Source: Botryllus schlosseri
Lineage: Eukaryota
Length of the DNA stretch: 64,000 nucleotides
Direction of reading: 5' to 3'
Assembly (NCBI GenBank): GCA_051294905.1
Contig: CM119378.1
Coordinates: 4,404,001-4,468,000, forward strand
Below the pieces are notes generated by a model. It had not been told where the DNA came from and made no database searches. It was given only the letters and a program-made list of their open reading frames with translations. This document shows, piece after piece, positions 1-27,000 of the stretch. Position 1 is the first letter of the stretch. Every line of letters starts with the position of its first letter. The translations under genes and the position numbers were made by a program.

Positions 1-1174
1 CTCAAATTAAGAACTGGGTTTTCATTTGTAAACGCTGCATCTTCTCTTTTCTTTCGAAGACTGACAAATTCTAGCTTTTCAATGACATCGTGAAGATTTT
101 GTGATTTCATGAACTTGTTGCTCGAGTAACCATTGGAGTTACTGGAAGTGGTATTTTACTGTGAATATCATTGTAAACTGGAATGAGTGTTAGCACGTAT
201 GTTCGTTCAAAGTTACAATGTCAATTTGAAATCATTTCAATTCCTTTGCAAATCCGTTACTGGAAATATAAGTCGGAGTGGGACCAAATCTTCAAGTCAT
301 TTTTTCAAATACAAATCATTGCTTTTTCCTGCACCGACAAATATTGTAAAGAAGAATAGAAATGATGAAAAATGGTACTGCTGCCCATACCGGCACATTT
401 CAAAATCTCACTAACGTCTTGTATATCCGGTATTAATCCAATAAAAATTTGGGCAGCAATATACGTGACCAATTTCCTACTGTGATGTTATGGTGTTGGA
501 TTGTGCGTGGGGTCCAATCCATTCGTAGACTTTCCCTTTGTAACTCACGACAATGTTCCACCCCGTTGTTCACGCGTAAACAAGAATTAAACTCTCTCTT
601 CACCAGCTACCAAGCGTTGTCTCACTTCATAAACCATTGGTCCGTGAGAAATAATGCTCCGATAAGTCCTGCCAATAAGATAGCTTATCCTACTCTAATC
701 TACTTACCTTATCCACTTTCTTTTACCAGTTGCGTGAACGTTATTGGGTTTCCACTGCCTCGTTTTGCTGTTATCGGTGTATTAACGCAATCTTCAAAGC
801 GTAGGGATATGTCTCTTTCGATGTACTGGGGAATTTAGATGTCAACTATTGAGATTGCTTGTCTTGGGCCCACTTGAGAGTTTTGTTTTCCTGCATTGTG
901 GTTTTCGAGGGCTGCTTTCAAGTAGCTGGCTCGCGCTACCGTTGGGTGGTTTCTGAAAACGAATCTCGGGGTTGAATTTAATCCTTCGGTAGTTGATATT
1001 TTGCGGTGCCACAATTTGATGGTGAAAATTGTATAATAGGCAATTTCAGCCTGCATTTGTGCTGCGTGGTTTGATTGTTGCCGTGGTTTGTTTGTTGCTG
1101 ATGCATTCCTCTCCCTGTTTATATCCTGGCGGGAAATCCAGCTGCCATCGTTTATATGGCACATTAATATACAT

Positions 1175-1372
1175 ATAACGCTCTTGTATTCGAAATTTCA
1201 TGCTGGTAATCTCATATTTTGTGATACGATTGTTGATATACGATGTTCTTTTGAATTCTCTGCTGGTTGCTGACGATTACCCCTGACGAGTGTCAGCCGA
1301 AAATAATTGAGTGTATTTCAATATGATTATACGATTCAATTGTATATTGAAGTACTGTACATCCAATAATCT
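1175..1372 (+). mobile_element. Penelope pLTR fragment
   Basis: Matches 6795-6993, including GCTGACGATTACCCCTGACGAGTGTCAGCCGAAA. Confidence 0.8.
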
Positions 1373-1834
1373 CGTGAAATAACGCGTCGAACTCGCAATA
1401 TTTCCAAATCAGATTCGCGAACGTTTGTGCTCGAGTATAATTCTTTGAGATCAAGCGTATTAGTACGGTATGCACAATCTGTTTTCCAGCAAGATTTTTT
1501 CTGGCTTGGGATCTAATTGGTGCAACTTCGCAGATTTGTAACACGTTTCGCGCAGGCCTAATCCGGCCAAGACGCTGTGCCACTGGAAATACTGGAGATT
1601 ATTTAATAGACGATCTAAAAACTATGTTGAACTAAAATAAAATGAATGACTATGATAAGAAATGATATATAATAAATGTATTATATATATGATAAAATAG
1701 TTATTGGAAATTTTAACAAGCCCGGTTCACAATTCGATTTCATGTCCATCGGCTAACGATTCCCGGTTATCTGCAGAAAGCTTGTTTTTATAATGAGTTT
1801 CACTTGAGCTAATACTGCGATAAACTCTATTCAG

Positions 1835-14363
<12,529 letters not shown>

Positions 14364-15142
14364 ACGAATTCCGGCTTGCGTGGCAGGACGGACGTGCATC
14401 GTGGACAGCGTCCGTTCGCATTCAGTACTATCGATTTCTACTAGTTTGGTTGCTAATTGTTCTTGTGTAGCGCACTTATTCGTGACGGTGATGTACTCCT
14501 GTTTCAACTAATGGCCTGGTGCTTTTCTGTATCGCTGTACGTTACTAAATGCTAGCTTTTTTCTCTTTATTTTTGTATGGCTATCACGATACTGGTTGTC
14601 CGACGTGTGGTACTTGAGATTTCAAACTGTTTTATTCCGTGTCGCAGAATACAAATCCATCTCCATGTTTGATTGTGGTGTGTTTGTCAGTCTGGTGTTC
14701 TTAGTTTACGTCTGTCTTTAGCAGTGTTGGGATCAGGTGACATTCCGAGTCGCCGTAAAATTTGACTCGAGTCAAATCAGGCACTTCAGATTTTTGCAAT
14801 AACAGTCGCGGAAATGTGAAGCCGGTCTCGTGCTCTACTGTGATAGGCCTATTGTGAACGAGTTAGAAAATTCAGATGTGGTGACGTGCCGACATCTGAT
14901 TGGCGTGTCTATGCTACGTCCTACTCAAGAGACATCTAAGAGTTATAACATCCAGCATAGTACTAGATGCTACTCGCTCGCTACACCACAGGGCCGTGCG
15001 GTCAGTGGAGGCGCTCTCGCCTGTCGTCGGATTGCGTAATAGAAATATTTATGATTGACTAAATTTTGAACATTTGTACACTCGAAATAACGCAAATTGC
15101 ATATTAATTGTTCGAAAATGTGGCGCGAAAGCGGAGGTTAGG

Positions 15143-15397
15143 CATCATCATTAGTTTATGAGCAATTTTATCAGTTCAATACACCACAAAAATGCGATGC
15201 AATGAAAAGACAGAGAGATGTCTATGGAATCTGAACCCCACCTTGGCCAAGGCGATGTAAAGAGGAGGCTTGCACACTGAATGAAAGTAAAGAAGATAGT
15301 ATAGAAAAAGAAAGCGACAAGAAATAGGGCGGCGTGTCATGGGAAGCGAGATCGATAGGTCAGTCGTGGTCCGCTAATCTTGAGGATGGACTGTATT
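15143..15397 (-). mobile_element. SINE/LINE-tail-like interspersed repeat with (ATG)n tail
   Basis: Second copy at 42425-42706 with the same end points; CATCATCAT on + is the 3' tail on -. Confidence 0.65.
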
Positions 15398-15480
15398 TAT
15401 TTAGTAGTAATTGCTTGTATTTCGACTTGAATGTGGACATGCTCGTCGACTGTCGGATAGCCGGCGGGATACTGTTCCAC

Positions 15481-18400
15481 TGCAGCAATTAGAGCTTAAT
15501 GTCTCTGATGATCTGTATAAAAGTATAGCTAACCAATCGTCTTGGTGCTCGGCTATACAATACTTATCTCGAGAAGCTGTTGCCTTGGGTGAAGTTCTTC
15601 GTACCAGATATATGCTCAATACAATGGTTTATTCGACGTTGATGCAGTAGTAGCGTATAGAGTCTCAATCATAATAAAAGGTAATCTCTAACACGTGTTA
15701 CCTACACTTATATAGAAGTCTGGACTCTCGAGTAATCACTTCGAGAAGTATTTTCTTATTCGAGACATAGCGGAATATCATGGACGAGTGATCACAGCTG
15801 GATAGCTGCACAGTCTCTTCTCGAAAAGGAACTTAATTAGGGGTAATTAAGGGAAAAGCCAATTAGATTATACGACCATGAATGACAAATCGATTTACTA
15901 TGTCGAATACAATTTTGGTACAGAAAGGTCACCCCGTCCCCCATTAAAAAAAGGAAATCGGATAGTAACAATCACGAGTAAAGACTTTTAATTTCAACGA
16001 CCCTTTAAGTAATTAGGCTACATGAAATGTTATCCAACAACTATAATGAACTAGGTCTATACAGTTTCGGTTTTAGTATGAGAATTGCAAGAGTAAGGTT
16101 TTATACTGCATTTCTAATATACAAGTTATCCTAAATTGGAATAACATAAAACAATGTAGTCCTAAGCAATTAGTAAGCCTAAACAATTACAAATACATCC
16201 ACGTGACAGCCCAAATCATCATGAGTGGTACCGCCGCTGTTCACGTGAAGGCAAAATTAACTTCAGTGTGTGGCCGGTATATATACAATAGTGGCCAGCT
16301 CAACATTGCAATATCTCGGTCGATATTGTGACTTAGAGTAACCAACATACTCAAGTCCGCGTAAACTTCAGCTTCGGTTATGAATCGTACACAATCTCGA
16401 TGCTCGATCGATAATGTACCATAGAGATATCAACATATCTCGGTGTATCCGGCGTACAACTCGTTACTCAACTCTTGTGTGCCTGCACTGTCGTGCAGGC
16501 TTCCTGTGGGGTCTGGCATCTGGTCTCGGGTTGTAAGAACTGCATCATTTTCGTCCGCGATTCATGGTTTGTCTGATTGACACAGACGTCAGCGTATATC
16601 TGTGGGGGCTGGAGATTCAGCATGGCTACGTACGCGTGTTGGCGCTGTCGTGTAGGCCAATGGTCGCAGAAGTGGTTATCGTCGGTCGCGGTATATCGGT
16701 ACAGTTTCGTCGGAGAAATAGCGGCGAACTGTTGCTGTCGACTGTTGCAGACGTTGCAGTGAGACGGCACGTGGTGTCAGAATCGTACCGAAGTATATTG
16801 CCAGGTCGTTGTTGTTGAGTAGGTCGAAATCGTTTCGATGAATTCGCACACATGAGTAGAAGATTGGTACGCCGGAACGCGGAGCGTGGACGACGGACAC
16901 GTATATATTCGCCAACTCTGTAAAAAAACCTCACGACAGCATCACGTGGAAAGGGCATATAGCACTATTACAATTGGCACAAAATAACGATACAAGCATG
17001 AAAGAAACCACACAATCTATCAATAAGCGACCAGTCTGATAAGGCAAACCTAAACCTAATTATGAAGGTGTTGACAATATCAGAAACAATAAAAAAAAGA
17101 ATAAGGCACGCTATTCCCTGACAGCGTTGCAAGCTAGGGGTCAATCTCTGGCGCATGCAGAAAAAAATGGAGGGAGCAGACGTGCGAAAAAAATTTTCTG
17201 CACGTGGCAGAAGTAAATGCAAAATGTACAGGAAGTCTGCTAACTAGCGAACTCCTTAGTGTAAGTCAAAACAGGTCTGCTACATTGCGATTCAAGTAAT
17301 AAATTCTCGGTGCCGCCAGGGTCAAATTTTGCATAATCTTGACAGCGGATATGCGATTGATAGGTACTGCTGAGTTTTGTAAAGCGAATTCCAAACAACT
17401 CATCAGATTTCGACCGACACGCAAGGAGTTACAGAATAGATGCTCTGCTCACGAGGCATGGCGTAATTGAAAACAATTCAAAGATTTATTAGATATGTCA
17501 GTCAGTAATGGAATTATCATTCAAACTCACATTGATCAATGTAGGATGTTATCATACAGACTACTGTTATGTGTCTGCGATGATTTTAAAGCTGAAGTCC
17601 ATATGAAATCACTTTTTGAAATGCCGTCAGAATACCATTACACAATGTTGAGTCATGGAGTGGATTATTTGAATGACATATATGCTGAGCAAGAAATCTG
17701 TATTGCGAATTTACACTTATTTGCTAAAAGCGTTACGCAACTTGAGAATACTCTAGGTTTGTAATCAGCGGAACACGTGGCGATATGGTGTGTGCCCTAA
17801 AACACTGTTTTAATATCGAAAGCTGAAAACCACATATGCGTTTTGTGTAAGGTATCCGAAAATGCATTGAAGAAAAAAAAAACGATTTCCGTAACTAGAA
17901 TATTTCGTTATATTAACGGGACCGTTATCTATGAATCCAGAACCAATTTACGCAGTTCAGTTATATCATCTGACCGATAACAAGATATGTCATATTTATA
18001 CCGAATTTTATAATAGGTCTTGCGCTGAGTACGTTGCATTGCGGCGTTCACAATGTTGACTACGAATTCACCGATTACACCTAAATAGCGGAGGCCATTA
18101 TAGCTAAGTAGGTTACTCATGATACGCGTTGTATCGCATAAAAATGCTTTTCGACATAACAGTCAAATGTACTTAAAATCAGACGCGAGGTTGCGGTACT
18201 GTTCAAAAGTTTTATCGTGTAAACCAGGAGATTCGCTAAAAGAAGACGCATTCAGCCCTGTCTCGTTCAAACTGCCCGCAGATTGTTTAGAGCAAGAACT
18301 TTATGCCCCAACCTTACAGCGAATTGGAACATCTTAAAATCCATTAACCATAAGTATACCAGATATTACATCCAAATACATATAGTCACTCCGGTTCACA

Positions 18401-19814
18401 CTCACGCGCGTAACGAAATCACAGTCGCCGATTTCCCGCATCTAATCCCCAAATACATGTGAGCGTGGCCGTATAATTGCATAATTATCGGTGATTCTTC
18501 TCAAGCAAATGTGGGACAAATCCATTATTTGCGTATGGTAATCCCATAATATTGGGCTTAACGAATTCAACAACTGTGGGATAAGTTCATTATATTTGTA
18601 CACATGATACTCCCCATATTAACGAATCCAAGCAAAAGCTACCCAATACCTGATTACATTCGTCCATATCTTAGCGTAATATCTTCTTTTGAAATCAAAT
18701 ATTAGTGATCACGGGAAGCGGGTATCGAATGTAATGCGCTCATATATTTATTCCTCTCAGAAAAGCCAGCGTCGGCACGCTGGGCAATGGTCAACAGTTC
18801 CCGTGTGCTAGTATGTAATAAGCAGTACATGTAGTATGTAATGCGCTTCAGTTAGTAAACAACCAAAGTCAATTGCCTTTGCGTGTCAGTCATACATTGT
18901 CTCAGAGAAGCTGAGCTATCATTTACTGACGGCTCGACACAATTTTGAACGGGAAGGCGATTTGATTCTTGCGGTGCCATGTGACTATGTGGTGCGGCAA
19001 TCTGCGCTGATCGCTGACCGGAGAACATGGCGGCGTTATTTTGACCAATTTTAGCAACTCGAGCTTCGCCTAAATACGTAGGCTCGTTTTCAACAACGCT
19101 GATAGGAAAAGCGTGCCTAATACTTTCGTCGGCAATACCGGGTAAAGCAGCTTTTTGCTTAACATCTTTAGCGTGATCGATTTCAGAGTTAGATTCGGTT
19201 TCCTTATCAGCAACTGATTTCTCATTATCATTACTCGCCATTTAGACACTTATAAGTGACATTTGTCTATGGCAATACTGAATATGCAACGACAATATAA
19301 CAATAACACTCAAAAAATCACCAACACCTACACAGTCATAGGGTCTGCTGTCGTGAAGTTTTCAACAGAAATCGACAATTAAAACGTGTACCGTGTTCGT
19401 CCGTGAAGAATGTCCTTGTAGTCGATAGCAAAACGTCAGTCTCAGTATTGAAGATGTATATCCAACGACTGTTCTCGGGGCCCATGCAGCAATTAGAGCT
19501 TAATGTCTCTGATGATCTGTATAAAAGTATAGCTAACCAATCGTCTTGGTGCTCGGCTATACAATACTTATCTCGAGAAGCTGTTGCCTTGGGTGAAGTT
19601 CTTCGTACCAGATATATGCTCAATACAATGGTTTATTCGACGTTGATGCAGTAGTAGCGTATAGAGTCTCAATCATAATAAAAGGTAATCTCTAACACGT
19701 GTTACCTACACTTATATAGAAGTCTGGACTCTCGAGTAATCACTTCGAGAAGTATTTTCTTATTCGAGACATAGCGGAATATCATGGACGAGTGATCACA
19801 GCTGGATAGCTGCA
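15481..19814 (-). mobile_element. Non-autonomous Gypsy-like LTR retroelement, 4334 bp
   Basis: Identical 330-bp LTRs at 15481-15810 and 19485-19814, with TGCAGC...GCTGCA ends and 4-bp TSD CCAC. On -, TGGGCCCC follows the 5' LTR directly (PBS position) and a 129-aa ORF lies at 18852-19241. An integrase-tail-like FYRVGEYIRVRRPR lies near 16900, and purine-rich GAGAAGAG precedes the 3' LTR. Confidence 0.88.
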
Positions 19815-21030
19815 CCACACATCAGGTCCGGCATATTTGATAGAGCGATGTTCTTTTCGGTCGATCATATGATATTTGGACGACGTGGTCGCGCGTGTGT
19901 TGTAGCCTACCTGTGCGCTTTTGATTCCGAGGTAAAGAAATCATTGAAATATTCGGGGCAACGACCGCAGTGGACAAAGACGGGGGATGCCTCACCTGTG
20001 ATCGCGCAGCTCAGAATTTACAGTAACTGGTATTGATCGAATGCTATTGCCACATTCGGTTCGGTTTACATATCCCTAATCCACCCTCGATTGTGGATAT
20101 GTAGCTTCCCAGTCGGCTTTCGTGGTATGCTAACGTAAAAAGAAACAAGTGTACAACTGAATCAATTACCCCTTTGGGTTCATATATTTGTAAATCTTCT
20201 GAATACCGATTGTTACGCAATTTTGACGCAAAGTGAGTTTGAGCACTGAGTGAGGTTTCTTGAATACGGGCCTTACTCTAAGGGGTCAGTATCTCACAAG
20301 CCATATGAACCTCAACGCACGTCACTCGTATCGTATAATACTACAGGAAAGTAGTGCGCGTATTGATACAAATACAGCATGAACTCGTTTCATATTCAGT
20401 CATTTATTAATCGATCAGTTAAAAACCAATACCCAGCACATCGTGTATAGTAGAGTAGTACAGATATATTGCACTTGCATAAGTTATATCCGTTTAACAT
20501 GTAGTAAAACTAGACACAGAAACGTAAACTTTGCAGAGTGTGGTTGCCGCACATTACAAGTCTTTGTACATTCGCTGAAATCCCATATTTAGCTGGATAC
20601 ATTGAGATTTTGAAGTCCTACCGCATTTTACGGACGTCAATGTCCACTTGTCCAGTTGTCATCATTCGTCCTGTCCACAACGAGAAAAATTGGTTCAAAT
20701 TCCACTATTATCGGATACTACCTATCTGAAAATTTCTCTCGGCCACTGTGAGTTTCATATAGCGTTCCGAAGGCAGAAAACACTGTGTGTTCCATATCTT
20801 CACAGCTTCCTCGGAAGTTTCATGTGCACATGTGTGTCGTCAGCTACTATTTAGTGCCACCCGTGATCGCAGCTCGACCACTTCATCATTTGCAATTCGG
20901 CGGGTTTCCTCATACAGTAGTTTAGTTCGGATTTGTTCATATTACCAAAGACGAGGATCGTATTCGCTGATCTTGCAGTCGAGCGATTGCAAGACGGGGA
21001 AAATACTTACTGGTCGGTGGTTACTGCATT

Positions 21031-21075
21031 ATGTTTGGTTCCACTTTCGGCAGCACGCCGAAGAAGAACAACATG
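21031..21075 (+). CDS. CNOT2: CNOT2 first coding exon
   Basis: MFGSTFGSTPKKNNM resembles vertebrate MFGASRKKF; GTGCGT donor. Confidence 0.6.
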
Positions 21076-24000
21076 GTGCGTTTTATGCGTCTGAGTTCGC
21101 GTGAATGGGAATTAATGCGATGTCTTGCTTTGCAGTTGTTCGAAGACAATATGAGCGTGAGCGATATGGGTGGGCTTGAAAGTATGGGATTTCTGAATTC
21201 TGTCAGTTCCGCGGACGTGAGTTGACTTTTTCAAATGCTCATGCTGGTTTCACGTTTCATGATTGATTGATTGTTACTTCTTTCCTTTCCAAATCAATAT
21301 CGGACATTGTGTCGTATCGCATGCCATTGTTTCAAACTTATATAACTAATATATAACTGATATGCCGCAATATTTTGTATTTTTAACAGCGATTTCGCAG
21401 CGAATTTGTAAAGGAATTGTTGACCGTAAACTCTCTGACTCTGAACACTTGTATTATATTATTATAAAAAAATAGTACAGCAGCCATAAAATTACTGGAC
21501 CACGATTTGACATGACTTTGCCTACTGGCCTGTATGGAATCGGTGTTTTGTGCTCACACTTTATATGTTTTATTTTTTTATTATTTTTCATTGAATTGCT
21601 TTGACTTTAAGAATCATCGCTGCTCACCTGTTATATCAGGCAAAACGTACCGAGATTCCAGTAGGGCCTACTGACACATGCCACATACACACATGCCACA
21701 CATTTTCATAGCTTGTTGTTTTGAGTTATCTTCTATTAGTTTTAATTCAGTTTGCATGCCTCTTGGTATATACATCTCCAGGCCAGAGTTTGTTTGTTGG
21801 TGTCCAATCCGTACTTTATATCGCAATCTTGTGGTGTTCTTGAACTGACCAAAATGTTGGTATGTATGGTACCGTATTGTAAATGAAAACAGAATAGAAG
21901 TATTTGACGATTTCATTATATCAAGAACTTTCAGTGAATTATCATTTTACAGCTATGTATTGAAAGGTATCTTGGCCTATTCAACCTCATCCACATCGCT
22001 GTCTATTGCACGCAGACTTGCAAACAAAGATCTAGGCCAGACTATAGAAGCGGTGATTGTTTTTTTGACAATGAATGAATGTGACAGGAGTATGACTAGC
22101 ACAATTGAAAAAAACTTCATAATATATATTATAGTATTTTCACTTGTTTGGTCCAAATCTGAGATACGTCCCATAATCACTGTCGATTGAAATGATGTGC
22201 AAACACAATCCCATGAATCTGCTAAAAAATGCTTACCTGTATGGTGTGTATTTGCTCGCTAAGAGTATAAGTGATACGGTGTTTGATATACTAGATATTC
22301 CTCATACCTGTAGATAGTGAGTTACTCAGCTTGTTCAGAGATATCACACAGTATTAGTAGCTTTCAGAGAGTTGTTAGGTGAGCAACCAAATGGATGGTG
22401 ATCAGCGTAATTTATTGCCTCTATTACCAAAGTTTGTGATCACACAATGGTTTCAACTTTGTTGCTATTGGATGAATTATATTACAGCGTTGAATAATTA
22501 GTGCATGTACCTGTATAGTATTGATATAATGATGATTCAGAAAAATTAATTATATGACCTTCAAACCTTGGCATATAATAACCTAACGTCGGATCAATGT
22601 GTTGAGATTCGCAGGTGAAAAAACAACTCATTGCACATCGCATTTTCCACATTTTTAACACTAGATTATAGTCCTTGTGGGAAGACGTAGGCTAGTTACT
22701 GATGTAAATGTTTAGTATTAGCCTGCGAAAGACATGTCCCGATCATATGTGTTTGCCACGTTTCTATCTGCGATGTCAAGGAACTTGTTTAAAATTTTCA
22801 GCTCGTAATCTCAAATTTTCATCCTGGTTACACCTATGCATGCAGTAATTATGTGTCAATATATCACTTGGACACCAATTCAATGTAGATGATCTTTATA
22901 TAAGATGGTTTTCACGCTTGTTCATACTTAATTCGTAGGGCTCTTGTATTAAATAGGAATAGCTGTTATCCCATTCATATACAGCTCACATTTGAAAATC
23001 AAACCATGTTTTCATCCTTCTTGAGCTGCGTTGTTAATGAAATCAATTTGCATTCGTGTCCTTTTGACACTGAACTTTTTCGATTTTCTTTATCATCACC
23101 TCATTGCTAACTGGTACCAGCCACGTTGCAACCTGATAAACTCGCCTCTTTGATTTTGATCACAGCCTCCTAACTGCCTTTCCAGATAAATTATTGAAAT
23201 ACAGCAGGGTGTGTCAATATAGTCGACATTGTTTTAGCACGGCCAGGACGTATGGCGGTGAAATCTGTGTCTCATCAGATTGGTGCCATCATTTTGTGAA
23301 GGTATAAAGTAGTCCATAAACTTGCAACACGGTAATATGAATCATTGCGGTAACCTACTAAGATCGCAGGGCTGTGCAAATGCTTTCTTGTTACACCTTG
23401 ATGGCTTTTATTGAAAAAATGTGGTTAGACGGAATAGTATAGGCATAATACTTTCAGCAGAATGTTAATTTTTAAGACATGTTCGTCCGATTACAATTCA
23501 CCTTTTAGATCAAACACGTAATACATTTATCATGTATTTAGGCCAGGAGTATGCTAGAGGCTAATAATCTTTTGTATGCTGTGGCTTGGAGGTCTGTGAC
23601 AGAAAAATTGGTGCAATTGCTGCAATGATTGCGTCGATATTGAATGTTACATTGAAACTCTTCCTGCATATAAAATCTCTCCACTCTCGATAATTTGAAT
23701 GAGAAAAGTGATTTGTACATACAAGTAATTGCTCTGCTCTCATCTCATAGTTTTTTCCATGATTTTCCTAGGTACGGCAGCAGCAGTCATCTCAATTTCA
23801 AGCAGGACTATACGCATCGCAACAAAGTGAGTGACGTGCATGAGGTCTTGCAAACGTTTATTTGTGTTACCCTTTTTGTTCTCTGAAACTTTACTTCGAC
23901 CCCTCACAGTTACGGTAATATGATAATCAGCTCGGAATAAAAATAACCCACAGACTTGTTGCAATGAGAATCATACTTGTTGTGAAGACGTCGTATCGTG

Positions 24001-27000
24001 TCTCTTTGATTAGAGGCTGTCGCTGACAACATTATAGGCTTACAACTGCAAATCAAACAGACATATAGCAACACACTGTATTGCACAGTACTCGACTCAA
24101 CCTTTTCAACCAGTGACTGATGTAGACTAGTATCAAAATCAGCCCATATTGTAATTACGGCTTCGTGTGCAACTACAAATTAGGGATTGAAACTTGAATT
24201 TCATGAGAAATTTGCTGCTGTCAATTTTGCTGTCAGACCCGCTTTGTGTAGTTCAATTTAAAATTCTGTACTGTTCAAGCCTGTTTGGTTTCTGTTGATA
24301 GAAACCCAAGTTTACTGATTGCTCGGATTCTATGACGGTCAGTGTCAAATGTTGCTAAATTGTACTATTGAATTTTGTCAAATTTTGTTCAAAAAGTTGA
24401 GAACCACTGCTGCACTGCACAGCGTTCTCTGCTGTCCAATATGAAAGTGCATAATAATGCGAAAAATGTTTGCTATATGTGTGTCAGTTAACTATTATAT
24501 GACCGGCATTGTAGTTTCCACGAAATCGCACTTCTCGTAGTTTTCGTCGAATTTAGATTCATCATTGTGCCAACATTTTATAAAGCGGACTTAGTAAATT
24601 CAGTTTTTGAACCAGCTATTCATGGCTGCATAATATATATGACTTGTTTTACTTTTTCAATAGTGAGCTTCTATAGTACACATTTTTCTAACTCATTTTC
24701 TGTATTCTGACATTATATCAAGACGTTTCAGAAGGATGCCAAGTGAGGCGTTATAAGTTAATGAATGGAAGCGAACTACTTAATGAAAGATTACCAAGAA
24801 TATATTATATTTATATTTTTAAACAGCAATTTATGTTTCCACAAAACAATACCAAACTTAATTGCGTTTTATAAAATTATCATTTTGCAGACCATTGAAA
24901 CAATTATGCCAATAGGGCTTACCCGCTTTAGAGTTGATGTCATACTATTCCGCATTGCTTGTGAGGTCACTATATTTGTTTTTCTGTGCCATGACAGTTT
25001 CAAAATTAATATAATGGTAATGTAATTTAAAGTAGTGATGCAATTTGGTTGTAAATTCAACTTGTAGGATATTTAATGTTTAAAATTTGTAGCACAGGTG
25101 GTGTTTTTCCAAGTTGTTTCTTTACTAATTAATATGATCTTGTTTTTAGAAGGTAATAACCCGGGGGGGTTCGGGCAGTTCTCGAGGAGTTTATCAATTC
25201 CTGCCGGTAATTTAACTCCGTCGAGCCTAGGAGGCGAAAGCTTCAACCAACAACAGAACAGGTGAGGCTCGGCCTTATTGATTACGAAAGGATGCGTTCG
25301 AGCCGTATTGATCGCGGGCGGATTTTTATCTGCGTTTCGCTACCAGACATGGACTAGATAATTCTGTTGTATAATGAGACTAATTGGAGCGAAATGCCGA
25401 TGATCTAATTCCAATTCAGTTTGTGAGATGTTTCTATGCTCTAATTGTAATTCCAATCTAATTTCTGGTGGTCTTGAAAATGCTACTGGAGAACTGTATC
25501 GTGAGGAACAAACCAAGCTCGGTGTACAGGCATTTGTCATCGTCGTGCATACGAGATGAAGTCTGATTTGATATGAACTGCACTTTATTTTTGTTGTTTC
25601 GTTCTAATTTGGAATTTGACACAACTCCCTAGTTTTTACGAATTTAGTAATTTTAGTTCCAACCTAAATTGGAAAAAAGCTGTGTAGCTATGATTCTAAT
25701 TCTAGTCTGATTTGAAAAAGAAATTGTAGCTATAAATCTAATTCTAATCTAGTTTAAAAAAGTGTGTAGCTGTAATTCTGATTCTCATTTAGTTTAAAAA
25801 AGTTTGTAGCTATAATTCTAATCTGGTTTGGAAAATACTGTATATATCATTCTAATTCTAATCTAGTTCAGAAAAAAGTGTGTAGCTCTAATTCTAACCT
25901 AGTTTTAAAAAAAGTGTTTAACTATAATTCTAATCTAGTTTGGAAAAATACTGTGTAGCTATAATTCTAATCTAGTTTGGAAAAAGACTTTGTAGCTATA
26001 CTTCTAATTCTAATCTAGTTTGGAAAAACTGTATAGCTCTAATTCTAATCTACTTTGGAAAAAAACTCTATTGCTATAATTCTAGTTTGAATCTAATTTA
26101 AAAACAATGAACAATTTTCTAGTTGTCGAACTGTGCTCGCTACTCCTGTGTAAAATACCGAATTTTTTTATCATTCAGGGGTTTACCGCCGTTATCGAGG
26201 AGCTCAATGTCAATCGGTCCGCCGGGCGTATCGTCTCAATTAACTAATTCATTAATATCGCGGCAAGGTATGAGTCCGACGCGGGGCGCCTCTCCGGACA
26301 TCCTCTCCCTTAAACAAGGAGGGATGGGGACGAGGGCTGCTCCAGGACTCGCAATTACACGGTGAGATGTAGATTGTGGGCGGATTGATCTGTGTTTCAT
26401 GGTTCGAGGACATGCGGGGTTTAATGCACTTATGTACAAAAACATGACCAATGGCCATCACCAATCAGTGATTCCTGTGAACAAGTCAAAATTTATGGTG
26501 TTTATAGTGGATTTAGGGCTTGGGTGGGGTATTGTAGGGTATGGTAGGAGTTAGGATAGTAGACCATGCGACACTTTAGCATGTGGGTTAAATTTCAGGC
26601 TAGGATTGGATTAGGCTTTGATTTAGGGTTAGTGTATATATATATATAGGGGTAAATTTCAGGGTTAGGATGCTCAGCTGCCATTTTTCATCATGAAGCA
26701 TGCTCAAATGTGGGGTAACGTGTTTTATACGATGTGAACTCTGCAATAAGCTATTAATTACTTGCTTTTAATTTCGGTGTAACTCATTTAACTACCACTG
26801 GGGGATTTTACGCCCTCATTTAGTGGATCCTCGTAAATCATGACCGACTTCGTATTCTACTGTAGTGTTGGCGGATGTGTTAGTATTTGTAAATAGAATG
26901 TCAGGTAATCATCTCTCAACTGCAGTTTAATCATGGCTGGAATGATGGAATATTTGATAACATTTGCCGGTTGACTTCTGTTGACTTGTAGTGTATGTAG

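Noticed and set aside
15411..15650. ORFs shared between 15.4 kb and 19.4 kb
   Set aside because: They result from the duplicated LTR sequence, not from duplicated genes.
24723..24742. Candidate CNOT2 microexon (ttcAG..GTGAGG)
   Set aside because: Candidate lengths (8, 11, 20 nt) break the reading frame, and the model is complete without it.
26510..26670. TTAGGG-like tracts suggesting interstitial telomere
   Set aside because: Degenerate and part of a dispersed MITE family also seen near 5090, 6200, 36390 and 37150.
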